Assembly: GCA_951406725.2 (NCBI GenBank)
Contig: OX597815.1
Coordinates: forward strand, 143,964,001-144,028,000
Length of the DNA: 64,000 nucleotides
Reading direction: 5' to 3'
From: Octopus vulgaris
Lineage: Eukaryota
Part shown: positions 52,839 to 64,000 of the stretch, one piece after another
Layout: every line of letters starts with the position of its first letter
How positions within the stretch are numbered: the stretch's first letter is position 1
Notes under the pieces: generated by a model
Databases searched by the model: none
What the model was told of the DNA's origin: nothing
What the model saw: only the letters and a program-made list of their open reading frames with translations
Position numbers and translations under genes: made by a program

Positions 52839-53872
52839 TAATATTAACAAATGCAACAACAGCAGCATTGGCGGCAGTAACGGCAACAAAGTAAACAGTA
52901 GTGGCAGCAGCGGTAGCTGAGGCAGCCGTAGCAGCATTGACAGCAGCAGCAGTAGCATTAGAAAAGATAGCAACAGCAACTCCAACAACAACAACAACAG
53001 CAAAGGTAGTATCGATATTAGCAATGAAAACAATATCAGCAGCAAGACTGTGGTAGTTAAAAAGTCATTGTTTCGAGACAGCTACGACAAACAAATAGAA
53101 AGCGACCTCCGAGATATATGGCGAAACACCTAAGGCAGTGGAGTTCGGAGGGGGTCTAAGTCCAATTTAAGATCGAGGCCCTCGCACTGCAACACTCAGC
53201 GGTTGCCTATCAGAAAAATGAGTTTCCTCTTTGCCACATATTTGGAAAAATGTTAAGGCTGATAATACTGAGTATCCAATAACTGCTAGATCTCCGGTGG
53301 ATCCTGGCCTATGTAGTGTTGGAGGGATGCGATACTCTGCTGGAGATAAGAAAATGAGACGAGGGAACTGATTTGGGACCACACTATACACTCTTCTCCG
53401 TTTAAAACCTGAGCATCTTGAAAAGATCTCAAACCTTATCTCCTTCCCAAATGGAGAAGCGATTAGTTATGGAGGAAACAAGATATAGATGATATTTGAG
53501 TGAAACAGTCAGCTATCTGGGGGCTTTCTGCCCATACAATCAAAAGACAAAATGGAAAGGAGAACCCCACTGCCGTCGACACCATCGCTGCAACAACAGC
53601 GTGCAGCAACATAGACATCAGCAAAAGCAGTAGCAGCAAGCGTAAAATAGTGCAAAGATGACAACATCTGTACCAATAATGAAATTACAGTATCAGTACA
53701 ACAGTATCAGCGACAGCACCTAGGATCGCACCAGCAACCACGGAAAGAACAACAGCCGCTCTAACAACATCAACATTATTCGTCAGCTGTAGCAACTGCT
53801 TTGACGGAAAATAAAACGGTTGCAATACAAACGTTGCCACCCAGGCGATTCTTTCTCAGCATTCCAACCCAG

Positions 53873-53926
<54 letters not shown>

Positions 53927-53995
53927 TCCCTCCTATCTCTCCACTTTCATACACGAAATCTAATTTTATTACTCATCATTATAATCGCCATTGTC

Positions 53996-54210
53996 AAAGC
54001 AGCGAGCTGGCAGAAACGTTAGCACGCCGGGCGAAATGCTTAGCGGTATTTCGTCTGCCGCTACGTTCTGAGTTCAAATTCCGCCGAGTTCGACTTTGCC
54101 TTTCATCCTTTCGGGGTCGATAAAATAAGTACCAGTTGGACACTGGGCTCAATGTAATCGACTTACCACCTCCCCGAAAATTGCTGGCTTTGCGCTAAAA
54201 TTTGAAACCA
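53996..54210 (+). mobile_element. tRNA-derived SINE with a Nin/Deu-like central domain (family B), full length
   Basis: A box TGGCAGAAACGTTAG, B box GAGTTCAAATTCC, core GCCTTTCATCCTTTCGGGGTCGATAAAATAAGTACC. Degenerate copies near 2885, 3420, 23196, 34925, 40440 and 55395. Confidence 0.85.
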
Positions 54211-56080
54211 TTGCTGTTGTTGTTGTTGTTGCTTTGATAGATATTTCCATCAGAATGAAGCAATTTGTAAGTCGGTCAATCTCACAGCGGACATATGGGC
54301 ACAGCGGACACTTGGATATGAATGAGCTGACAGAATTATATATGTTTTTGTTGCTTTCGCAGACATTTGTGTTTTATTCCTTGGCAATTAGTGTAATTCT
54401 GTTACAACAGGCAAATTACACCTTCATAACTTACAATCCATTCAATACGATATACGCACATGCACACACACGCACCCCCCCCCCCACACACACACACTAA
54501 TAGAAATATGGAGTCAGAGAAAGAAGGGAAGAGAGAAAGAGAAAGAGAACCACATCAAAAAAAAAAAACCAATATGCTCTTGCATATTTGCCAGTGGGTG
54601 TTGATGAAATACGTAAACACTGCAGCTAATATATTTCTAATTAATTGGGCCTCGAAGTTTTAATTTTGTGTCCACCTATGTCATTGTTTACTTATCTCCC
54701 TTTAAACATCTCCCACTGTTCGCTGTGCTAATTTAATCCAACACTTCTGTGTATTTTAATTTTCCTTGCTATCATCTTATGTCTCTTTGTTTATTTATCA
54801 TTATTTTTCTTCTTTTTCTTTCTGTGTCGTCAATGAAGTTGTATAATGAAGGACGAACTAACATGTATAAGACACAAATCTCCCTTCAAGGAATTCATAC
54901 CATTAAAATGATAATCGAAGATGCGTTTTAAACTTTAGAAATATATGTTGTATATTGTTGCTTCTGTCCTCTACATTGTCCATTGATCTCACGAAACTAG
55001 CATTAAATATTGTCCCTTCTCAAGAAAGCACAGTTTCTCCAGATTGTCATGTAAACATTTTGCAAGTGTAATATACATCAGGGACACTGATAAATGTAAC
55101 AGAAATACGTTATGGTGGTGGTGGTGGTGGTGGTGGTGGTCACCGACGTCGCCATCATCGTGGTCGTGACGAAGGAACATCAAATGCGATTGAGTAGTGT
55201 TTAACTGTACCTCTTTATATGCTTCTTTCCGCGTTCATATCCTGCCTGAGACTACTTCTTTTCTGTTCTTTCAGCATTGGTATAAAATCATAAAATTAAA
55301 TTATATAAAAAAAACTTGTCATGCTAGCACTTGGATTTATAAAATTAATCCCAACCCAATACTCAACATTTGTAGTTTTTGTGACAATTGAGATGGTGGG
55401 TTGACGGAATTCTTAGAACCACAAACAAAATGCCTTGTGGTATTTCTTCCAGCTCTTTTCATTTGAAATTTCAATCCCATCGAAATCAACCTTGTCTTTT
55501 TCATCCTTTTGGGGTCGACAAAATAAAGCATCGTTCAAGTACTGGGGCCGAACGAATGTGGGGCCTACATCGTTCAAGTACTGGGGTCTAACTCCTTACC
55601 AGCAAATTAATGACCTTGTGCCTGTGTTAAAAACAACTGTATGAATACGAAATTAGAATACCAGGTCAAAGATGTGAGTTCATCTTTCCTATAAGTATTT
55701 CGCTATGTTTCTGGGACAATACATGATATTCTACAATACCTGAGTTCTCACCAAGCTGTTGATTGAATATCTACAAGATAACCGAGGAGATAGATTGATG
55801 CCCTAATCAGGTGGAAAGTTATCTCTCATCAACTTAAGTTAGCTGGCGTTAAAATAGTTTTAATAGGAATTTATATTTTATATTACAGACTTTTATGAAC
55901 TAGATGAGAAAGAAATTTTTTACTTGAACAGGATGCTGGGACCTCACAATTAACTTTCCCAGAAACCCTGTACCCACTTCTCTTAACTGATTCTTGAATT
56001 TCTCTCAGAAGCTTAAAAGGAAGCTTGCTAATAGCTGCACAAATGTGAACCAATGATCAGTTTATCGACGTTGATGATAC

Positions 56081-56567
56081 TATGTAGGCTTATATATTTT
56101 TAATGACATCACGTATATCTGTAAGTTGTTTGCATGATATAAGGCTTAAGCTTCAACGGTTATTGCAAATCTCATTATCCCAATGTCTTTATATAGCATT
56201 GAAAGTCGACTTTTAGAAGCCAATGTTTTGCTCGCAGATATTTTACTTTAGAGGGTCACATCAGTTGGTCATGATGACTTTCTAGACTTTGTAAGCTTCA
56301 TGTTTCCTATCTCAAATGATGATATTTGTTCCGTAATTGTCGTATTTAATAAAAGTTGAAAATGTAACATAGCTTCAAGATAACTTATATAAATACTATA
56401 GAGGGTTTAATATCAATAATAATAGAAGCTGGTGGTAATATGTAGGCTTATATGTTTCAGGACATCACAAAAGATTATATAACATATATCTGTATGTTGC
56501 TTGAATGATATACGGCTTAAGCCTCAACGGTTATTACAAATCTCATTATCTCAATGTCGTTATATAT
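56081..56567. repeat. Diverged ~120-bp direct duplication (56081-56197, 56439-56567)
   Basis: TATGTAGGCTTATAT...GGCTTAAGC.TCAACGGTTATT.CAAATCTCATTATC.CAATGTC occurs twice. Confidence 0.8.
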
Positions 56568-56696
56568 CGTTCAAACTAGACAAATTGGAAATTCAGCTCT
56601 ACTTTCAGTGCCAAATGAGTTCAAATAGCACCGAAGTTAAATTTTCTTTTATTTCTAGGAGTCGAAAAATAAAATACCAATACAGCATTGAAGCTG

Positions 56697-56760
<64 letters not shown>

Positions 56761-57169
56761 TCGCTCTCTCTCTTTCCCACTCTCTTTCTCTCTGTCTATA
56801 AATCTATTTGTCTATCTAACTCTCGATTCTACTTGGAATTCAAAGATCCGTTGTGTCACGCTGACTTAATCTGAGAATTACGTTAAAGACACTTGTATCA
56901 GTGGAATATTTAGCTGCTTGCACGATACTTTCACGAGTAGGAGTTCAGTTGGTCGAATAACTGAGTGCTCATCGTCGATCCTGACGGACAATCTTCCACT
57001 ATCTATAAATTTCTACGTTTATAGGTGACTCCCGACGCTATGTAGCTTTCCTTCTCCAATGTAGCTTTCCGTCTCCAATGTAGCTTTCCGTCTCCAATGT
57101 ACAGAATTAGAGACGTCTGTAAGAACAACAGATACATTATCTCAGAAATTAAGATACGAGAATCTAATC

Positions 57170-57404
57170 TACGATGTATGATCAATAAGTATCCGGACTG
57201 TTGCTATGATAACGAAGCTAATGCGCGGAGAGTGAAGCCACTTGGCAGCGTTCTAGCTCACTTCGGCTCTTTACAGCAGGTCTTCGAAGGAACGTGTGTA
57301 GCGTGTGATCGTCGCATTGACCATGACAGAGAAAGTTGAGCAGAGGATCTACATCAAATTTTGCCAAAAGCTTGGCGATACCTGCTCAGAGGGTTACGCA
57401 AAGT
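57170..57404 (+). mobile_element. Second mariner 5' end of the same family
   Basis: TACGA...TGATCAATAAGTATCCGGACTGTTGC terminus. ATG 57323 gives MTEKVEQRIYIKFCQKLGDTCSEGYAK. Inverted homologue of ~58160-58387. Confidence 0.85.
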
Positions 57405-57517
57405 TCCCGGTTCAGTCCCACTGCATGGCACCTTGGTCAAGTGTCTTCTACTATAGTCACGAGCCGACTAAAGCCTTGTGAGTAGATTTGGTAGACGGAA
57501 ACTGAAAGAAGCCCATC

Positions 57518-57595
<78 letters not shown>

Positions 57596-57790
57596 GTGTG
57601 TATATGTTTGTGTGTGTGTTAGTCCCCCCAACATCGCTTGACAACCGATGTTGGTGTGTTTACGTCCCCGTAACTTAGCGGTTCGGCAAGAGAGTACAAA
57701 GAATAAGTCCTGGGGTCGATTTGCTCGACTAAAGGTGATGCTCCAGCATGGCCGCAGTCAAAAGACTGAAACAAATAAAAGAATAACAGA
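57405..57790 (+). mobile_element. Family A SINE (head-truncated) between the inverted mariner ends
   Basis: GGTTCAGTCCCACTGC head, (GT)n, tail. Confidence 0.85.
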
Positions 57791-57799
57791 AAGAAAAGA

Positions 57800-58387
57800 G
57801 AACGTTCTCGACACAATCAAGGAGATTTTGTGCAACTGAAACTTGAGTGTCTCTTTGGTCAACTGAAAACAGTTTTGGCACAAACTTTGCAGACACGCGT
57901 CTCATACCCAAATCTTCAGTGATGATGGACTGAACTGAACGGTAATTAATCTGCACACCCTCTGATAACTCCTGGACGGTGGTTCGACGGTTTCCCCTCA
58001 CAGCTGCACGCACATCTACAATGTTCTTCTCAGTTCTGCTGGCTGCAGGTCTCCCTAAACGTTCGTTAATATAAAAATATTTTCGGCCATCTTGGAAACG
58101 TCTGAACCACTCGTACACTTGTGTGCGGCTCATACACTCTTCTCCATACACTTTCTGCAATTTTGCGTTGGCCTCTGAACAGCTATCGCCTTGACAACTT
58201 CCTCTGTCATGGTCAATGCGACGATCACACGCTACACACGTTCCTTCCAAGCAGTGCTGTAAAGAGCGAAAGTGAGCTAGAACGCTAAAACTTAGTTTTG
58301 CATGCACAGCAAAGTTCAAGGTCAATCTTTGCCGGGCGGCTTTACTATGCGCGCTTTAGCTTCGTTACTATGGCAACAGTCCTCGTA
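57800..58387 (-). mobile_element. Mariner transposon 5' portion: damaged TIR, 5' UTR and N-terminal HTH region of the transposase; no DDD domain
   Basis: LQKVYGEECMSRTQVYEWFRRFQDGR...GRP...LGMRRVSAKFVPKL (WVPHEL-like motif). ATG at 58210 is followed by a frameshifting deletion. The terminus reads TACGAGG. Confidence 0.9.
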
Positions 58388-58983
58388 TATATATTGATTT
58401 AAGCAAACTTTGGAAGCGTCGAATGTGGTTGAGATATGTATGTATGTATGATTGTATGTATGTATGTATGTATGTATGTATGTATGTATGTATGTATGTA
58501 TGTATGTATGTATGTATGTATGTATGTGTGTGTGTGTATGTATGTATGTATGTATGCATGTACTCAGATATGCATTTATAAGTAACTAGATCTCCCGTTG
58601 ATTTCGGTGATTATTATCCAGTTAGTCACTCAACTAATTCTCTATTCATTGAATTGTATGGTAAGGAATTAAGTATTCTGTAGAGAAATGTACCTCGAAC
58701 GGAATTCTCAGGCAGAATCAGGGAGACACTCAATGTGACAAGGGTAGCCACTTGAATTAATTGTAGAATCCAACCGGTTGGCTTCCGAACAGTTTCCCCC
58801 TACCCAAATCCATTCACATGGATTAGGTCAACATAAGACTATGATAAAACAATACTTTCTAAGTGCCATGCAATGGGATTGAACCCGATTCCTCATTCTT
58901 GAGAAGCGAACTTCTTAACCATTCGTCAATGACCACGTTTTACATATACACATACATGTAACACTTAACACTTACATACACAC

Positions 58984-59064
<81 letters not shown>

Positions 59065-59642
59065 AGACTTAGCTAATGAATAAGTAACACAGAAATGGTG
59101 TCTCAGAACAATGGTTAATCTCTAGAGAATTGGTAATTCTTTATATGGCTTTGGATATATTAGTGCTCTATCATCTCGATACTGGAATGGTCTGGCATGA
59201 ATTCCTCATCATACAATCATTTGATGAGGAATGAAGAAAAAGAAAATGACATTGTGGTGGTGGTGGTGGTAAAAGTATTGATGATAGTAGTGGTGACGGT
59301 GACGGTGATGGTGATGGTGATGGTTGGAGTGGTAGTAGGTGTAGTGGAGGTAGTGAGGTATTGATGTTGATAGTGTTGATATACGTGGCGATGGAATTAG
59401 TGGTAGCGCTGGAGGTGATGATGGCGACGGTGGTAAATGATGTTGGTGACGCTTATGCTGATGGGAGTGGATGATGACGACGACGACGATGCTGGTGGTG
59501 GTGGTGGTGATTGAGATTATGTAAATGAAGGACCTGGTGACAATAACGATGGTGGTGATGAAAACGATGAGGAGGAGGAGGCGGAGGATAGCGATGATAA
59601 TGATAGTGGTGGTAATCGTGAGAATGATGACGGTAATGCCGT

Positions 59643-59699
<57 letters not shown>

Positions 59700-59730
59700 C
59701 GACGATGATGATGATGATGATGATGATAGC

Positions 59731-59773
<43 letters not shown>

Positions 59774-61179
59774 TTGATGATGATGATGATGATGTTGATG
59801 ATGATGACGGTAACGGCGGCGGTGGTGGTGGTGGTGGGGTTCTTTGGTGGAAGTAGAGATGATGATAATGTTGACAATGATGACACGGAGGAGGAGGATG
59901 AAGAGTCTGGTGATGAACGAGTGACACCACCGCACCACCACCACCACTACCAACAAGAAATCTATGTTGTCGGTGAACTTTCTAGAAATAGCAGTCAAAT
60001 CTCTCTCGAATTGCACTCTTACTATCTTAAAAATAAAGGGACAGCTTACACAATGTAGATTGAGATGCATTAAGTGTGAAAAATAAAAACTAGATTATCT
60101 TCCGGATCATAAATCTGCTGAATCGAGATAACTTGGGATTATACAATATTAACTTGAACGCTCGTGGTCATGTGATCTGCTAGAAATGGCAGCCAAATCA
60201 TTTTTAAAATTATACCCTACCGTCTGATATAGCGAAAAGGCAAATTGGATTATAAAATTCTACATTCCCTAAAATGACGGGATGGTCATGGCCATATATC
60301 TGCCAGATCAGGGTTGCCCTGGAGCTAAATATAACCAACAGCAGTGCACTGGACCATAACCACCACTGTCGGCACCAAACAACCACAATAATAACTACAC
60401 CAACACTATCACCAACAGAATCACCGCCACCACCATCACCACCAATATTATCACCACTACCAACACCACAAACATCACCACCACCAACACCACTAATACT
60501 TCTACTACAATCAATACTACTATCACCAACAAACTGTCGCCTCCAACACCACCACTATCAACACCACTAACGACAGCACTACCGACAGTACCAACACCAC
60601 CACTACAGCCAATACTACTACCAACAATGCGACACTGCCACATGTATTACCACCACCACCGCCACCGTCAGCAGTACCAACAAACCCCACCCCACCCAAC
60701 TCCCCCACCACCTCCAGCATCCCCCAGCACTTCCACCATCAACACCCCTGACACCTACCACTACCAATGTTATAAAATATTGACAGGATTTCTCATAACA
60801 ATTATATTGCCGGGATTTACAGAGATGTCACGTGACATCAGAAGCTAAGATGATATGGTAAGATAACGTGCCCTGGAAGAGTTTAGTGTGGTGATGGTAG
60901 TGGTGGTGGACGTGGTGGAGTCAATAAACAGAATGTTATATGGAGATGTGGCGTAGAAATGGTATGGTTTGAGGTCTTGTTTTATCTTGAGCACTGGAAT
61001 GGTAGAGATCAAATGTAGAGTGGAGTGGAGCGATAGGAGTGTTGAAAAAGTGATATAGCGCGCCAAGTAGTATGGTCTAAATCGGTCAAGGGCAATCTGC
61101 GGCCCGCGGGACTTTCTTAATTGCGAGCCTAGTTTCATGAGAAAAATAACGTTATTGAATTTTTTAGTAGTATGTAAGC

Positions 61180-61555
61180 GTAGCATGCTAAGAAGCTTGC
61201 TTTCCAGCCACATGGCTCCAGGCTTGCTTTTGGGAAGTGTCTTCTACAATAGCTTCAGAACAACCAAAGCCTTGTGAGTGGATTTGGTTGACGAAAAGTG
61301 TATGGGAACCCGTCGTATTTATATGTGTGTGTGTGTGCGCGTGTGCGCTTATGTGTGTGTCTGTTTGTCCCCCGACACTTTTATAAAATTCGCACCAGTT
61401 TGTTTACGTCCTGCAAAATAGACCGATATAATAATCACCAGACTTCACAAAAATCAATTAGTATTGGAGTCGATTCTTTCGACTGAAACCCTTCAAGGCG
61501 GTGCCCCATCTTGGCCACGATCAAATGACTGAAACAAGTAAAAAATAACAGATAA
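61180..61555 (+). mobile_element. Family A SINE, diverged
   Basis: Head and tail motifs present. Confidence 0.7.
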
Positions 61556-62089
61556 AGACAGTGCTGTTCACCTGAACATGAACCATAGTTCATCCTGTCT
61601 GTTTCTTGGGAAAGGATGCCTCTTGTAATGGCTCAGTGTAGTGCTGTTTCATAATTTTCTTTAAATGGTGCCGTATACAGTTTTGTATATTTGAGTGTGG
61701 TGAGGAGTGTTAGAGAGGAGTTGGGTGGGATGTGGTGTGATGTGGTGTGATGTGGGGTAGTGTATGATAGCGATGCCTGGAGTTTAGCGAAGTGATATTG
61801 TGTGGAGTGAATTGATGCAGTATGATACAATAAAGGTGAAATTGGAGAACATTTTATTTGATGTTTGTAAAATATTATGATAAATAGATAGACAGACAGA
61901 CGGTCAAACGTTAATCGATAGATGGACAAATTAATCGAGTCAAAGATAGACATATATTCATATGCATGTATGCATATATATACATACATACATCATACAT
62001 GTACGAGTACATATATAAATGCTTACATGAGTCCACACACATATATACGTGTGTGTGTGTGTATATATGTATGTATGTATGTATGTGTG

Positions 62090-62136
<47 letters not shown>

Positions 62137-62139
62137 TCA

Positions 62140-62302
62140 CATTCTTTTATTCTTTTACTTGTTTCAGTCATTTGACTGCGGCCATGCTGGACCACCGACT
62201 TTAGCCAAAGAAATCGACCCCAGGACTTACTCTTTGTAAACCTAGTACTTATTCTATCGGATTCTTTTGCCGAACCGCTAGGTGATGAGGGGCGTAACAC
62301 AC

Positions 62303-62348
<46 letters not shown>

Positions 62349-62482
62349 GATAGGCTTCTTTCAGTTTCCGTCTACCAAATCCACTCACAAGGCTTTGGTC
62401 GGTCTGAGGCTATAGTAGAAGACACTTGCCCAAGTTGCCACGCAGTAAGACTGAACCCGGAACCATGTGGTTGGGAAGCAAC
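62140..62482 (-). mobile_element. Family A SINE
   Basis: Head and tail motifs present. Confidence 0.85.
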
Positions 62483-62867
62483 CTTATGCATACACATAAA
62501 CACGCGCATCTACACACACACACACAAATACATATATATTATTGACTCCGTCGGTCATAAATGACCATGGGTGCACTTAAGAGGTTCCTCTCCGGGTTAC
62601 AAGTCTAGGCGGAAAGTCGCCTCACCGGCGAACGCACAACCTAGGGTTGTTTTCATGGAAGACCAGCAGTTGCCCATGCATACCAGCCTCCCTACTCCAC
62701 GTGAAAGGCAAAGGCCGGTACAGCTGAGTGAAGAAGAAGAAGTACAACAACAACAACAACAATAACTAAAACAAATCTAACTCTTTTCTGTTTGGCGTGT
62801 GTACGTATGCCGTATAAAACGAAAAATTTACACTTTGTGTAAATCGTGACCATAGATAGATAGATAG

Positions 62868-63003
<136 letters not shown>

Positions 63004-63859
63004 GATAGAGAGACAGAGAAAGAGATAGATAGAGAGAGAGAGAGACAGAGTGAGAGACAGAAAGAGAAAGAGAGTGGCTATTAAGCATCAGACGATAATT
63101 CTATCTTCTGACTTCATCCATTATGACTGTTCCATCTGCAGATAGAAGTAGATTAACAGACGACCGCTTCTACATCCGCTGTTCGTGCAGTCTGTCGCTG
63201 CTGCAACTAAACAACCAGCAGGATCAAACACGGGGTGATATAGGTGGATAGAGACGGGCGGCAGGGGCAGAGTGCAAGGGTGCAACGTGAGTGGGGAGAG
63301 ATGCTTAATACATACACACACATCTATACATCCAATTGAGCACGAATTTTTCGCACATAAATTCTTACAGATACATGTTCGTGTGTGTGTGTGAACATAC
63401 ATGCACGCATTCGTATGCATTCTTATTCGTATACACCTTCGGAAACGGCGAACATACACATAACCATGCAGATGCATTCAGAATGTATGGATATATATAT
63501 ATACATACATACATTCATGCGTAATCATGTAGACGTATACAGAAATACATACTGCAGTTACTTTGTCACACACATATATTTAAGCGTATATACAAATACA
63601 TACGTCCAAATACATATGCATGCATAAGCATAGAAGTTACATCGACGCACACATAAATATCCATTATATCCATTTATATGCAGATGCACATATACATACA
63701 TACTCAAATATACTTGGTTCAGAGTTCGATCTCATTGCGCAGCAAGTGTCTTTTATCTTGACCGTTATTTAATAACATCTTGTAAAATCTAGTCGAGTGA
63801 GTCCTCCTGACCGGAACCAATAAAGCATTGGATTGGAGAAACCATACGTAGGATTAAAA

Positions 63860-64000
63860 GTAAAAGGGTAAATTTACCTTCTCGAGTCATACCGACTCAT
63901 AAAGGCTGGTTTCCCAATTTCAATAGCGTACATATTCCCCACCTAGACGGGGGCGCCGGTCCGTCGCAGGATTACTCGTTTTTGCCAGCTGAGTTGTCTG
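63860..64000 (-). mobile_element. 3' part of a SINE with a V-domain-like motif, running off the window
   Basis: Reverse complement reads CCTGCGACGGACCGGCGCCCCCGTCTAGG. Confidence 0.5.

Noticed and set aside
53110-53450. Possible Tx1/L1 fragment (GGL...ALALQH) or exon
   Set aside because: Too short and interrupted to assign.

Overview
Eukaryotic, AT-rich, extremely microsatellite-dense intergenic or intronic DNA; the SINE families resemble those I associate with octopus/coleoid genomes (inference, not verified). I can support no host protein-coding gene, and almost all six-frame ORFs are microsatellite translations. Real coding relics are mobile: a 5'-truncated Penelope-like element (PLE; RT + GIY-YIG, ~28706-31096 +), a frameshifted R4/Dong-type LINE between (TAA)n tracts (17190-19282 -), an older Dong-type relic, a CR1-like fragment and mariner pieces. 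There are also many SINEs, Helitron-like elements and MITEs. The most interesting signal is non-coding: several distinct type I hammerhead-ribozyme (HHR) folds sit in short inserts within (TA)n/(CA)n microsatellites. One family shares its HHR and downstream motif with the 3' tail of the PLE, and another lies in a 1.3-mer direct repeat like a retrozyme. All RNA structures were folded by hand and are untested; many element boundaries are approximate.
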